From: Poseidonia sp.
GTDB lineage: Archaea; Thermoplasmatota; Poseidoniia; Poseidoniales; Poseidoniaceae
DNA length: 64,000 nucleotides
Assembly (NCBI GenBank): GCA_965661285.1
Contig: CBFIDD010000001.1
Span: 530,776 to 594,775 of the forward strand
Reading direction: 5' to 3'
The translations under genes were made by a program, and so were the position numbers. Shown one piece after another: positions 47,586 through 57,321 of the stretch (position 1 is its first letter; every line of letters begins with the position of its first letter). The notes under the pieces were generated by a model, which was given only the letters and a program-made list of their open reading frames with translations, searched no databases and was not told where the DNA came from.

Positions 47586-50500
47586 TCAGAGGTCTTCGAG
47601 GTTCAACATGGTTGGAATTGCAGCCTCTTGCGCAGCTTGCTGTTGCATCTCGTGTTGCTTCCACTCCGGAAGACCTTCGGTGCCCTCCCAGCCCAGTGCT
47701 CGTGCTTCAGCATAATTGCCCTCAGCGATGTAGTGTTGAATCCAAGCCTGACGACGTTCTTCTTCTTCGGCAAAAGAGGCTTGCACCATTTGTTCATCTC
47801 GCTTCGCTGCCATCGCTTTCCGCTTTCCAGCGGCACGAGCGACCTGGGCTACGACGATCAATGCGAGCAGGAAGATGATCACCCCGCCCATCAACTGGAC
47901 CGTGCTGTTATCGCCACCCAAAAGGGAACCGCCGCCCTCTCCGTCGTTGGTTTGCAAACTTGGGTCGGAGGTGATGGCGCAATTGGCGGTGCTTCGAGCG
48001 CCTTCGGAGACCGCTGGGTCCCAGGGACACGGGTCGGCATCGTCCGATACACCGTCGTTATCGGCATCGGGACAGCCGTACTCGTCATTGGCGGTTGAGG
48101 TCCCAGGAACCTTTGGGCAGGCATCGGGTTGGTAGGCACCTGCGACGGCGTTATCCCCGAAGCCGTCGCCGTCGAAGTCATTCCACTGCGTAGCACGGAG
48201 CGGGAAGTTGTCCACGCGATTGGAACTGCTCTGATTGTCGCCCCAGCCATCGCCGTCAATGTCCGACCACTGGGTCGCAATCTCAGGGAATGCATCCCCG
48301 CGTTGTTCTCTCAAGGTGATGAACAAGCCAATGTTTTCTGAATCGGCTTCGGTGATGTTTTCCCAGTAGTAATTGTCGCCCCAGCCATCACCGTCAAAGT
48401 CGGACCACTGCTCGAAATCCTCAGGGAAGGCGTCGTCAACATCAGCGTACCCGTCAAGGTCGGCGTCGGGGCAACCTTGGCGACCTTCTTCGTAGGACTT
48501 CCCAAACACGTCCACGCAATCGTCTCCGTTGGGGACGTTCGTGTTGTCGCCATAGCCGTCGCCATCAGCATCGGCCCACTGGAAGGGGTCGTCTGGGAAA
48601 GCATCGAGCGGGTCGGTCACGCCGTCAAGGTCAGAATCGGGGCAGCCTCGGCTGGCAGGTTCTTGGGACTCACCGTATTCAAGCGGACAGACATCGCCCT
48701 TGGTGCCGTCGGCGTTGTCGCCGTAGCCATCGCCGTCCTCATCGCTCCACTGCGTGGGGTCGCTGGGGAAGGCATCGCCGTTGTTGCCACCGGGGTTGTC
48801 CCCGTAGCCGTCACCGTCGCTGTCCTTCCACTGACTGGTATCATCGGGGAACGCATCGGGGTTGTTTCCGCTGGCGTTATCGCCACGGTTATCGCCGTCT
48901 CGGTCCGACCATTGTGTGGCATCATCGGGGAAGGGGTCGCCTGCGTTGGAGTACCCGTCCCCGTCTCTGTCGGCACAACCAATGCGGTCGATGGTGGATG
49001 AGCCGGCGCTGTTCGGGCACACGTCCGGGTCGTTTCCGTCGGGATTGCTACCGAAACCATCACCGTCTTCGTCGCACCACTGTGTCGGGTCGTTTGGGAA
49101 GGCATCGGCGCCGTAGCAGTCGGGTGTGGTGGGCCAATTCGCCGTCGGGTCAGAATAGCCGTCGCCGTCGGTGTCCGGGCAGCCGAGACGGTCGTATTGG
49201 GAGTCTCCCCAAGCGTCGGGGCAGGCATCCGCACGGTCGCTGTTCTGGTTGTCCCCAATCCAATCACCGTCGCTGTCCATGTGTTGCGTTCGGTCAAGGG
49301 GGAAGGCGTCCGGCATGTTTGCAGCGGGCAAAAGCAGGCCTGGCCATGTCGGTGGCCGGTACGAGGTCCACGATGTGTTTTCGTAGTTATCGCCGAAGCC
49401 GTCACCGTCGGTATCGTTCCATTGGGTTGGATCGTTCGGGAAGGCATCACCGGTTTGGTTCACGTGGTACTGGTATTCGTCCACATCGAACAGGTAATTA
49501 TCGCCGTAGCCGTCTTCATCCGCATCGACCCACTGGTCCGGGTTGAGCGGGTCCCAATCGCCTGCATCGGACCAACCGTCGCCGTCGCTATCGGGGCAGC
49601 CAAACCGGTCTTCTGCCGAAGCACCGGGGGTGTTGGGGCAGGCATCAGGTTCGTTGGCCGGTGCGGGATTGTCGCCGAAACCATCGGCGTCCGTGTCGTT
49701 CCATTGCGTGCCGTCGGACGGGAAGGCGTCCACGATGCCATCGCCTTGGTCGGTGGTGTTGTAGCCGTCGTTGTCTTCATCGATATCGGCGTACCAGTAG
49801 TAAACGCCCTCATCGTTTCGGCCGTGAGCCGTGACGATGTGCGTGCTGTCCGGGCTCCATGCAACACCGTAGATCGTCCCGCACTGGTTGTTGTTTCCAG
49901 AAGTGCATCCACCGGGGCGAGGGCCGCTGAACGAATCCACTTGGACGCCGGTGTTGGAATGGTAGACCCTGGCCGTGGCGCCGTCGGTTTGGTACCAATA
50001 CATCCCCGAAATCACCTGCGAGCTGTCAGCGGAGAAGGTGGTTGATCCGCAAGAGGTGGAGGTTGTCTTTTGCCAGATGCGGTTCCATGCTCCGTTGGCA
50101 AACTGGTACATGTCAAAACTCGCCGATTGGCCTTCCCAACCGCCGCACATCGAGATGTAGTTCCCGTCGGGTGACCATGCGACCGCATTAACGGCGGCTG
50201 GAGGGTTGGTGAACGTCCACGTGGTCGCTCGTGAGGTCGTGTTGACGATGTAGATGTCGCCGTTGCCGGCCATGGCAATGTATTGGCCGTCGGGTGAATG
50301 TGCAAGGTCGTAGAAGCGGTCCTCACCGTTTGGATTGACAGCGTAAAGTTCCGTTCCCGTTTGCACGTCGATGACGGTCACTTCGCCGTTGGTTCCGCCG
50401 TTTCCTGAGCGGCCGATGGCCACGGCGACCGACGAACTGTCGGGTGAGAACTCAATCGCATTCACTTGGTCGCCACCACCAACGTCAACGCTGATGCTGC

Positions 50501-51011
50501 CGTGCAAAGAAGAGAGATTGTTGCTGTGGAAAATTTCAATGCTGTCGTCGTTGCGGGTGGCAGCAACATAATTTCCGTCGGGCGACCAATCCACGCCGAA
50601 AACGTCGGTTCCCGTGTTCGCCGACCGAAGGTTGGTCCACGTGCTGGCGTTCCAGATGCGAACGAAGTCGTCTTCCGAGCCGGTGACAATGAATTCGCCG
50701 TCGGGGGAATAATCCACGCTGTAGTAATCGTTGCTTGAACTGGTGGTGAATTCGTTTTGATAGTTCGGATTGCTGATGGCCCAAGCATCGTTGAAATCCG
50801 AGGTGCCGTCAGCGTCGCGGTCAGGGCATCCGTCCTTGTCGACCGTCGAAGTGCCCGAGGACCACGGACAATCATCAGCGCTGTCAAGGACGCCATCGCC
50901 GTCTGAATCAGCGGCTTGAGCGGCGAGGCTGACGACGGAAATCAAAAAGAAGAAGGCGAGCAGGAGGGAGGTGGATTTTGAAGACCGCTTGGCCGCGCCT
51001 GATTGTGCCAT
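47586..51011 (-). CDS. Surface protein: WD40 beta-propeller, thrombospondin type-3 repeats and a C-terminal TM
   Basis: About 7 [YWFH]SPDG blades, many DAFP.D..QW.D.DGDG.GDN repeats, signal peptide and TM. Confidence 0.93.
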   Translation of the reverse strand: MAQSGAAKRSSKSTSLLLAFFFLISVVSLAAQAADSDGDGVLDSADDCPWSSGTSTVDKDGCPDRDADGTSDFNDAWAISNPNYQNEFTTSSSNDYYSVDYSPDGEFIVTGSEDDFVRIWNASTWTNLRSANTGTDVFGVDWSPDGNYVAATRNDDSIEIFHSNNLSSLHGSISVDVGGGDQVNAIEFSPDSSSVAVAIGRSGNGGTNGEVTVIDVQTGTELYAVNPNGEDRFYDLAHSPDGQYIAMAGNGDIYIVNTTSRATTWTFTNPPAAVNAVAWSPDGNYISMCGGWEGQSASFDMYQFANGAWNRIWQKTTSTSCGSTTFSADSSQVISGMYWYQTDGATARVYHSNTGVQVDSFSGPRPGGCTSGNNNQCGTIYGVAWSPDSTHIVTAHGRNDEGVYYWYADIDEDNDGYNTTDQGDGIVDAFPSDGTQWNDTDADGFGDNPAPANEPDACPNTPGASAEDRFGCPDSDGDGWSDAGDWDPLNPDQWVDADEDGYGDNYLFDVDEYQYHVNQTGDAFPNDPTQWNDTDGDGFGDNYENTSWTSYRPPTWPGLLLPAANMPDAFPLDRTQHMDSDGDWIGDNQNSDRADACPDAWGDSQYDRLGCPDTDGDGYSDPTANWPTTPDCYGADAFPNDPTQWCDEDGDGFGSNPDGNDPDVCPNSAGSSTIDRIGCADRDGDGYSNAGDPFPDDATQWSDRDGDNRGDNASGNNPDAFPDDTSQWKDSDGDGYGDNPGGNNGDAFPSDPTQWSDEDGDGYGDNADGTKGDVCPLEYGESQEPASRGCPDSDLDGVTDPLDAFPDDPFQWADADGDGYGDNTNVPNGDDCVDVFGKSYEEGRQGCPDADLDGYADVDDAFPEDFEQWSDFDGDGWGDNYYWENITEADSENIGLFITLREQRGDAFPEIATQWSDIDGDGWGDNQSSSNRVDNFPLRATQWNDFDGDGFGDNAVAGAYQPDACPKVPGTSTANDEYGCPDADNDGVSDDADPCPWDPAVSEGARSTANCAITSDPSLQTNDGEGGGSLLGGDNSTVQLMGGVIIFLLALIVVAQVARAAGKRKAMAAKRDEQMVQASFAEEEERRQAWIQHYIAEGNYAEARALGWEGTEGLPEWKQHEMQQQAAQEAAIPTMLNLEDL

Positions 51012-51029
51012 ACATTTCCGTGTCTTGTC

Positions 51030-51047
51030 ATTATAAAGGGGTTTTTG
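51030..51047 (-). promoter_or_regulatory. Putative BRE/TATA for a leaderless WD40/TSP3 transcript
   Basis: Minus strand reads aaaaaccccTTTATAAT, about 20-28 nt upstream of ATG 51011. Confidence 0.55.
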
Positions 51048-51116
51048 TGAAAATGCTCAAACACACATACCAATCCAACACGAAGTTTTGAACGGACGAA
51101 AAGATTCCCTAGCGGC

Positions 51117-52670
51117 ATGGCGGGGGACATACCCAAGGTGAATGTCGCCGCTAAAGACCGGGTGCTTCTCCATCTCTTGGCCAACGATGCGTGGGCCGAC
51201 CGCTACATGGTGCCCCCTGCGATGACGCGCCCCGGCATTGCCGAGGCATGCGCTCAACACCCACCCAACGTCAGCCGAACCATGCGTGATTTACTCAAAT
51301 CCCTGCTGGTGGAGGAACACACACGGGCCGTTCAAGGCGATGAACGGCGCCAAAAAACATGGCAACTCACCGAGGAAGGACGCCTCCAAGCCACCCAGCG
51401 AAAGGGCGTTCTTGAAGCCACCAAGGTGCTGCTTCGCAACAGCGAAGGTGAACTGCTTGAGGTCAAAGCCTCCGAAGCACCGTCGCTTTTGGAATCCGAC
51501 CTTAGCCTGCTCCAAATCTTGCTCCACGCCCAACACGAGGGCGTCCTCACCTACGGCGACATTCGATTTGGCAGCATTCGAAAAGCCGCTGAACCCGACG
51601 GCCTTCCAAAACCTGGCCGCCTGACGCCGCTGGTCGGAGTCCACGCCACGTACGCCAATCAGCCCCCCGTGACGCGCCCTGTCTACGGGCGAGATGTGGA
51701 ATTGCAGACGCTCCATGATTGGTTTTCCGACCGTCATCCGTGCATGGTTGTTCACGGCATCGCTGGCATTGGAAAATCGACCCTTGTCGCTCACTGGCTT
51801 CGCCAACACATGGAAGATGACCCGCACCTCTCGGTGTGCTGGTACACCTGTCAACCATGGGACCGCGCCCTTGGTTTAGCCACCAGTCTGCTTCATCGCT
51901 TCGGCATTGATGAGTCCCATGACCCCTACCGCATCATCGAAACCTTGCCCTTGACCCCGGGTGCCGACATGGACGTGGACGCTTGGCGTCGTCGATTGAT
52001 GGCGTACATGACGGACGCCAACACCATTCGAGAACGTTTCAAAGACAGCGTGGGTGGCCCGCCACCTTATTGGCTCATCGTGCTGGACGATGTTCACTAC
52101 ATCAGCGAGAAGGCACAACACCTGCTGGGCTCCCTGCTCCAGTTGGCACAAAAGGGGCCGCTGCGCGTCCTGCTCATCTCGAGGACCGAGCTCAATGTGT
52201 ACGACCGCAGGGACGTTCACATCCGAGACAACGTGCGCGAACTTCCGCTCAAAGGGTTGAGCCTCGAAGCAACAGCGGCATGGCTCACCTCCATCGAAGG
52301 CGATGATTCGCCCCCGGCAAAAGAAGTGCACGAAGCAACCGGCGGCCACCCGCTCGCCATGGAATTGCTCGAGCTCTACGGCCAGCCCACCCACAAAGAT
52401 TGGTTGCGGTTCTTGGACGAGGAGATCTTGCTTCGACTCCCCGAACAAGAAAAGGAGATGTTAGCAACCTTGGCCGTGGCCGAAGCACCCGTTGCTTGGA
52501 CGACATTGGCGGACGCGGTCGGATGGAACGGGACGCCGCCAGAAAACCTCCTCAAGCACGGTCTACTGTTAGAGCTTGAGGAAGGCATGTGGCTCCACGA
52601 GGCGCTACGTGAGCGTCTACGAAGGGATGTTGGCCAAGCCAGTGAGGCTCGGAAACAACGTCTGGGTTGA
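51117..52670 (+). CDS. STAND-class (MalT/NB-ARC-like) ATPase with an N-terminal winged-HTH
   Basis: N-terminal wHTH, YGRD.EL, HGIAGIGKST (Walker A), LIVLDDVH (Walker B), LISR, TGGHPLA, LHEALRE. Confidence 0.87.
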   Translation: MAGDIPKVNVAAKDRVLLHLLANDAWADRYMVPPAMTRPGIAEACAQHPPNVSRTMRDLLKSLLVEEHTRAVQGDERRQKTWQLTEEGRLQATQRKGVLEATKVLLRNSEGELLEVKASEAPSLLESDLSLLQILLHAQHEGVLTYGDIRFGSIRKAAEPDGLPKPGRLTPLVGVHATYANQPPVTRPVYGRDVELQTLHDWFSDRHPCMVVHGIAGIGKSTLVAHWLRQHMEDDPHLSVCWYTCQPWDRALGLATSLLHRFGIDESHDPYRIIETLPLTPGADMDVDAWRRRLMAYMTDANTIRERFKDSVGGPPPYWLIVLDDVHYISEKAQHLLGSLLQLAQKGPLRVLLISRTELNVYDRRDVHIRDNVRELPLKGLSLEATAAWLTSIEGDDSPPAKEVHEATGGHPLAMELLELYGQPTHKDWLRFLDEEILLRLPEQEKEMLATLAVAEAPVAWTTLADAVGWNGTPPENLLKHGLLLELEEGMWLHEALRERLRRDVGQASEARKQRLG

Positions 52671-52671
52671 A

Positions 52672-53001
52672 TCAAAAATCGTCGGCCGTCATGACCTCGT
52701 CAATCCACGACAGCAACTTGGCCTTGGGCATGCTGCCCGTCTTTTGGGAGACGACCGTGCCGTTTCGATACATGAACAAGGCAGGGATGCTGCGTACGCC
52801 AAGTTGAGCGGCAGTGGACGTGTTTTGCTCGGTGTCGACCTTCGCGACGAGAATCTCTCGCTCTTCTGCTACTGCAGCCAAGACCGGAGCGATGGCCTTG
52901 CAAGGCGCACACCATGGCGCCCAAAAGTCAACGATGACCCACTCGGTTTCGTTCACGGTATCGTTGAATTCACTGTCGCTGACGTCCCTTACTTCGCCCA
53001 T
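52672..53001 (-). CDS. trxA: Thioredoxin
   Basis: VDFWAPWCAPCK, VRSIP. Confidence 0.95.
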   Translation of the reverse strand: MGEVRDVSDSEFNDTVNETEWVIVDFWAPWCAPCKAIAPVLAAVAEEREILVAKVDTEQNTSTAAQLGVRSIPALFMYRNGTVVSQKTGSMPKAKLLSWIDEVMTADDF

Positions 53002-53119
53002 AGGTTCACCAATTCCCCGGGCGGGAGGACGCATTATAGGCGTTTGCGCCCGATTTCTTGGCTTGGTCACATGGCAAGTCTCATCATATGGCGGCCACTG
53101 GGACGGGTTGAGGGATGAC

Positions 53120-53791
53120 ATGATCATTGCACCCAGCGTCCTGACAGCCAACCTCGCCGACCTTTCAACCGACTGCAAGGAAGCGTTGGATGCCGGCCTT
53201 GATTGGCTTCACCTCGACGTGATGGACGGAAACTTCGTGCCCAATCTGACCTTTGGTCCTCCCGTCATCCGGAGCCTCCGCAACGCCCTCGGGCCCGATG
53301 CTGTGTTTGACGCTCACCTGATGATTGAAAACGCCGAAGCCTGTTTCCAGGACTACATCGACGCCGGCTGCAACCATCTTTCGGTTCATGTCGAGGCCGT
53401 CAAGCATCTTCACCGCCTTTTGGGTGCCATTCGTGAAGGCGGCGCCACCGCTGGCATCGTACTCAACCCTGCCACACCGGTTGAAGCGGCGCTTGAGGTC
53501 TTGAGCGAAGTGGACCTGGTGCTCATCATGAGCGTGAACCCCGGCTTTGGTGGGCAATCCTTCATACCACACGTTGAGAACAAGATTCGTCGCCTTGCTC
53601 AGGCCATTGAAGCCCAAGTTGCGGCCGGAGGCCGCCCGGTGCAAATCCAAGTCGACGGTGGCGTGAAGGCCCACAACATCGCCATGCTACGAGACTGGGG
53701 CGTCACCAATTGCGTGGTCGGCTCTGGTCTGTTCAACGACCGAGCCGACGTTGCTCACAACCTCGCTGAAATTCACGAAGCGCTCAATTGA
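53120..53791 (+). CDS. rpe: Ribulose-phosphate 3-epimerase
   Basis: IAPSVL, HLDVMDGNFVPNLTFG, DAHLM, MSVNPGFGGQ, VDGG. Confidence 0.97.
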   Translation: MIIAPSVLTANLADLSTDCKEALDAGLDWLHLDVMDGNFVPNLTFGPPVIRSLRNALGPDAVFDAHLMIENAEACFQDYIDAGCNHLSVHVEAVKHLHRLLGAIREGGATAGIVLNPATPVEAALEVLSEVDLVLIMSVNPGFGGQSFIPHVENKIRRLAQAIEAQVAAGGRPVQIQVDGGVKAHNIAMLRDWGVTNCVVGSGLFNDRADVAHNLAEIHEALN

Positions 53792-53803
53792 GGAGGGATC
53801 CCC

Positions 53804-54898
53804 ATCCAAATCCTCGTCGTGAGTTTGCTCTATCCCGTCCCGCTCAACCCCACGCGCGGGGTCTTCGTCGAGGACCATGTGCGATTGCTCAGCGAAATGG
53901 GCCACGAGGTCAAGGTGGTCAACCCGCTTCCTCGGATGCCAAAATACGCTGAGACTCGGCGCTCGACCATGATGGGTGTCTCAAAAGCCCCCCGAAGATG
54001 GACCCATCAAGACGTGGACATCTTGGTGCCCCGTTTCTTCGCCCTGCCCGACCACCCGTATCCGAGACTGACCGCCAGCAGCATTTCCCGTCGTGCAGGC
54101 TGGGTGGAAAAGAACCTCGGCTCATGGCGCCCCGACATCATCGTCTGCCACACCCTTTGGCCAGTCGCCGAACTGGCTGAACGCCTTGCACAGCGGTGGG
54201 GTTGCCCCTGGGTGGGCGTGGTTCACGGCTACGATGTTGACGTCGGCCTCACCCTCAAGGGCGTCGGTGAGCGAATCAAGACCGCCGCAAGGTCCTGCTC
54301 GGCCTTGGTTTGCGCCTCCCAGCGACTTGCCGAGCGAACGAATGAGATCACCCCGGCGCCACGCCGAGTGGAAACCATTCCGTGCGTCACGAACATCGAA
54401 CGGGAATGGCGACGTCAGGTAAGGCCGATGAAAAAGGCCTGGAAAAAAGAGCCCATTGACATCCTGTTTCCCGCAGACCCACGACGCCCGGAAAAGCGGC
54501 ATCTCTTGGCCCTGCAAACCGGCGAGGTCTTGGAAGCACGCGGTTGGGTCGTCGGCATCACTTCGCTACGCCACCAGCCCAGAAACATCGTGTATGACCG
54601 GATGTTGACCGCAGACGTGACCCTCATCACGTCAAAGCGAGAAGCGGGACCTCTGGTGGCCAGAGAATCGCTTCTCTGCGGCACGCCCGTGGTCAGCGTG
54701 GACGTGGGCGAAGTGGCCACCTACCTGCCCGACGCGTGGGTATGCGATGAAGACCCTGAGAAACTGGCCGACGGCATCGAATCGGCTCTGCGAACGGGTT
54801 GGAAGGAAGAAGAACCGGTGGAGGACCGCCTGGGCTTTGCATCGACCGAAACGGTCACGCAAGCGTGGACCGAACTGCTCGCCAGCCTTGTTTCGTGA
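53804..54898 (+). CDS. Glycosyltransferase family 4 (GT-B); probable ATC start
   Basis: [I]QILVVSLLYP...GVFV, PDIIVCH, VVHG.D, S..E..PLV..E...CGTPVVS.DVG. Confidence 0.85.
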   Translation: MQILVVSLLYPVPLNPTRGVFVEDHVRLLSEMGHEVKVVNPLPRMPKYAETRRSTMMGVSKAPRRWTHQDVDILVPRFFALPDHPYPRLTASSISRRAGWVEKNLGSWRPDIIVCHTLWPVAELAERLAQRWGCPWVGVVHGYDVDVGLTLKGVGERIKTAARSCSALVCASQRLAERTNEITPAPRRVETIPCVTNIEREWRRQVRPMKKAWKKEPIDILFPADPRRPEKRHLLALQTGEVLEARGWVVGITSLRHQPRNIVYDRMLTADVTLITSKREAGPLVARESLLCGTPVVSVDVGEVATYLPDAWVCDEDPEKLADGIESALRTGWKEEEPVEDRLGFASTETVTQAWTELLASLVS

Positions 54899-56309
54899 AC
54901 AAGAACAGGGGCAAACCCAGCAACCACCAGAAGGTCTGCGTGGCCAATCCGGCAACGATCAATCCCGTGCAAAGAAGAACCAGCGCCCACTCATCTTGGC
55001 GGGCACGAACCGTTGGTAATTCGCTGCTCATCCACCATGAAAGCACCAAAAGCACGCCCGCCGAAAGGCTGCTTGCGACGGCTGCTGCATACAATTTCGC
55101 ACCGTTCTCCTCCGGTCCGTTCAACACCAGCCCTGCACCCAAAACAACAGCGGCAAGCAGAACCAGGAGGATGAAGAGCGTAAAACGCCAAGGCCGGTGG
55201 CCGGCCATCAAACTGGCATAGGTCGGCGTGGCCAACAAGGTGAAGCCCCATCCTGCCAACAAGACGGTGAAGAGGTCGACCGCAGAAGCGCCGTGGGTGC
55301 CATCAAGGTAAGCGGCAGGGAAGGCGATGGGGGCAAGAACACGCACAACGAGGTAGCCACCAAACAAACCGTAAGGCAGCAATCCAAAGCACATGTCAGT
55401 GGCGTGATGAAGCTCTCTGCGATGCTCGGCGGGGTTATTTCGTGCCCGACCGAACACCGGGAGGAGAGCGGAACGGATAGCGGCCGGTACCACAAGCCCC
55501 GCCAACCAAACGAGTTGCGCCACGTGAAACACGGCTCCGAGCGTCGCTCCCCCCGAGGCGGCGACCATGAATTTCTCAATACGCACCACGTAGGGAAGAA
55601 TCCCCAAGGTGATGGCGAAGGGCAACGCTGAGAGCAACAGCGCCTTCGAGGACGACCAACTTACCCCCAAATCGCTCCACGAACCGGAGGCGGGGCGTTT
55701 GGGAGCGGTGCGCACCAACCAAAAGAGCGCCAAGAGCCAGCCCGCTGTGGCCCCCAGAAGAAACGCTGCCGTGTAAGCCGTTGGGGAGGTCGCTCCTTGC
55801 GAGGCCAGCACGGCATAAGCGGCCACCGTCAAGCCGCGCTCAACCACCTTCGTCATCGCCTCAAGGCGGGCCTCGCCCAACACCCGAAGCCCCGAACGAG
55901 GGGCGTAGGAGGCGACGTGAACCAGCGCCACCAACCCTGCCAATGTCAGCAGCATGGTTGGCGCACCGATGTTGAGCCAGTCCTCCGGACGAGCGAGAAC
56001 CGCGAGCGAAACGAAGGGAACGGCTGCGATCGCCTGCCACCGATAGGTACGCCAAACGGCCGGTCTGACCATGCCGGGGGCTTTCGTGCCGTCCCGCGCA
56101 ATGAGGGTCGGTAAACCGAGGTCAACGATCAAGAACAACGAGGCATAGAGGTCGATGGCGAGCACCATCCACCCGTATTGTTCCTCCAAGAGGGCGTGGG
56201 TCAGGAAAATTTGGCCGATGAAGGCCAGAGCGACCGCCAACAGGTCGGCGCCAACCAACCACGAAGCGTCCCGCCCGCTGGAAGGGGTGCGGTGGGCTTG
56301 CTCGCTCAT
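54855..56309 (-). CDS. Oligosaccharide flippase (Wzx/MOP superfamily)
   Basis: E.YG, DLGLPTL.AR, LPF, roughly 12-14 TM helices. Confidence 0.85.
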   Translation of the reverse strand: MSEQAHRTPSSGRDASWLVGADLLAVALAFIGQIFLTHALLEEQYGWMVLAIDLYASLFLIVDLGLPTLIARDGTKAPGMVRPAVWRTYRWQAIAAVPFVSLAVLARPEDWLNIGAPTMLLTLAGLVALVHVASYAPRSGLRVLGEARLEAMTKVVERGLTVAAYAVLASQGATSPTAYTAAFLLGATAGWLLALFWLVRTAPKRPASGSWSDLGVSWSSSKALLLSALPFAITLGILPYVVRIEKFMVAASGGATLGAVFHVAQLVWLAGLVVPAAIRSALLPVFGRARNNPAEHRRELHHATDMCFGLLPYGLFGGYLVVRVLAPIAFPAAYLDGTHGASAVDLFTVLLAGWGFTLLATPTYASLMAGHRPWRFTLFILLVLLAAVVLGAGLVLNGPEENGAKLYAAAVASSLSAGVLLVLSWWMSSELPTVRARQDEWALVLLCTGLIVAGLATQTFWWLLGLPLFLFTKQGWRAVRSTLA

Positions 56310-56352
56310 GGGACAGGGAGGTGAACCGGACTTTCAAGCACTTCCGCCCGTC

Positions 56353-56619
56353 TCAAGCGAAGTCGTCCTCTTCCACGCCCCACGCCCATAAGCTCACCGT
56401 GCCCTTCTGGCCCGGTTCGGTGCCAATTCGATGAACAAAAGGAGACTTGCGGAGGGCTCGCTGCAGAATGTGGGCGCGAACATCCCGACCCGCCGCCTCC
56501 AAAGCTTCGATGATTTGTGGTGTGGTGGCCGGACCGTTGGTTCGCAACCATCCGACGATCCATTCGGCCTGTTCGCGGTTGGCTTTCCGCTCATCGCTCC
56601 AACGTGAAGGGCGGCCCAT
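56353..56619 (-). CDS. Small winged-helix-like hypothetical protein
   Basis: 88 aa, WIVGWLRTNGPATTPQII..L pattern followed by a beta-wing. Confidence 0.7.
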   Translation of the reverse strand: MGRPSRWSDERKANREQAEWIVGWLRTNGPATTPQIIEALEAAGRDVRAHILQRALRKSPFVHRIGTEPGQKGTVSLWAWGVEEDDFA

Positions 56620-56667
56620 GAGGCACCATCTCGCCAGGCGGGTATCAATGCTTGTTGCCCGCGAGAC

Positions 56668-57270
56668 TCATGAATCGTCGTCGATCTTGAGTTCTCGCGC
56701 CCGGTGCATGGCGTCGTCGGTGGTAAACCAAAATGTCGGTGTTTCTCCCAATTCAGCGTCCCAATGTTGGACTGCACGGGCAAACATTTCGCCCTCTGTG
56801 TTGGCTTTTGCCCATTCGAGCATCCACGCCATGTGCGCCTGAAGCTCTGGGTCATCGTCTGACTGCCGTTTCAAAATTTCAGCGGAAAGCGAGATGATAG
56901 CGACCCAAATGGGCGTTAGGGAATGTGTCACATAGGGGTTTCGCTCCATAGCAACGGTGCTGTACTCGTTCCATAGAGAGAAGACCTGGTCGTACAGGAA
57001 ACCAACGGTCAGGACGCCAAGCATCACGCTGCAGAAAATCGTGATCAAACCGAGGTATGTGGCCGGGATGCCCAAAAGTTCCTGTTCAAAACAAATAGTA
57101 GAGCTTCCGCAGCCGGGCTCAAACCGCCAACGAACGTACGGCCAAACCAGAAGGGTGATGGTTGTGCCCCAGAGAAGCAGGCTGACAACGGCTTGGGATT
57201 GCTGCATGCGCCAGTATTGGCGCATCGCCCATTTTTTGAAAAATGACTCCGATTCCGACGACTCCGCCAT
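56668..57270 (-). CDS. Hypothetical membrane protein
   Basis: 200 aa, 2-3 TM helices. Confidence 0.78.
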   Translation of the reverse strand: MAESSESESFFKKWAMRQYWRMQQSQAVVSLLLWGTTITLLVWPYVRWRFEPGCGSSTICFEQELLGIPATYLGLITIFCSVMLGVLTVGFLYDQVFSLWNEYSTVAMERNPYVTHSLTPIWVAIISLSAEILKRQSDDDPELQAHMAWMLEWAKANTEGEMFARAVQHWDAELGETPTFWFTTDDAMHRARELKIDDDS

Positions 57271-57321
57271 GACGGTTGTTCATAACCTTCGTTAATGAAC
57301 GAATCCCTTCAAAGACTCCAA

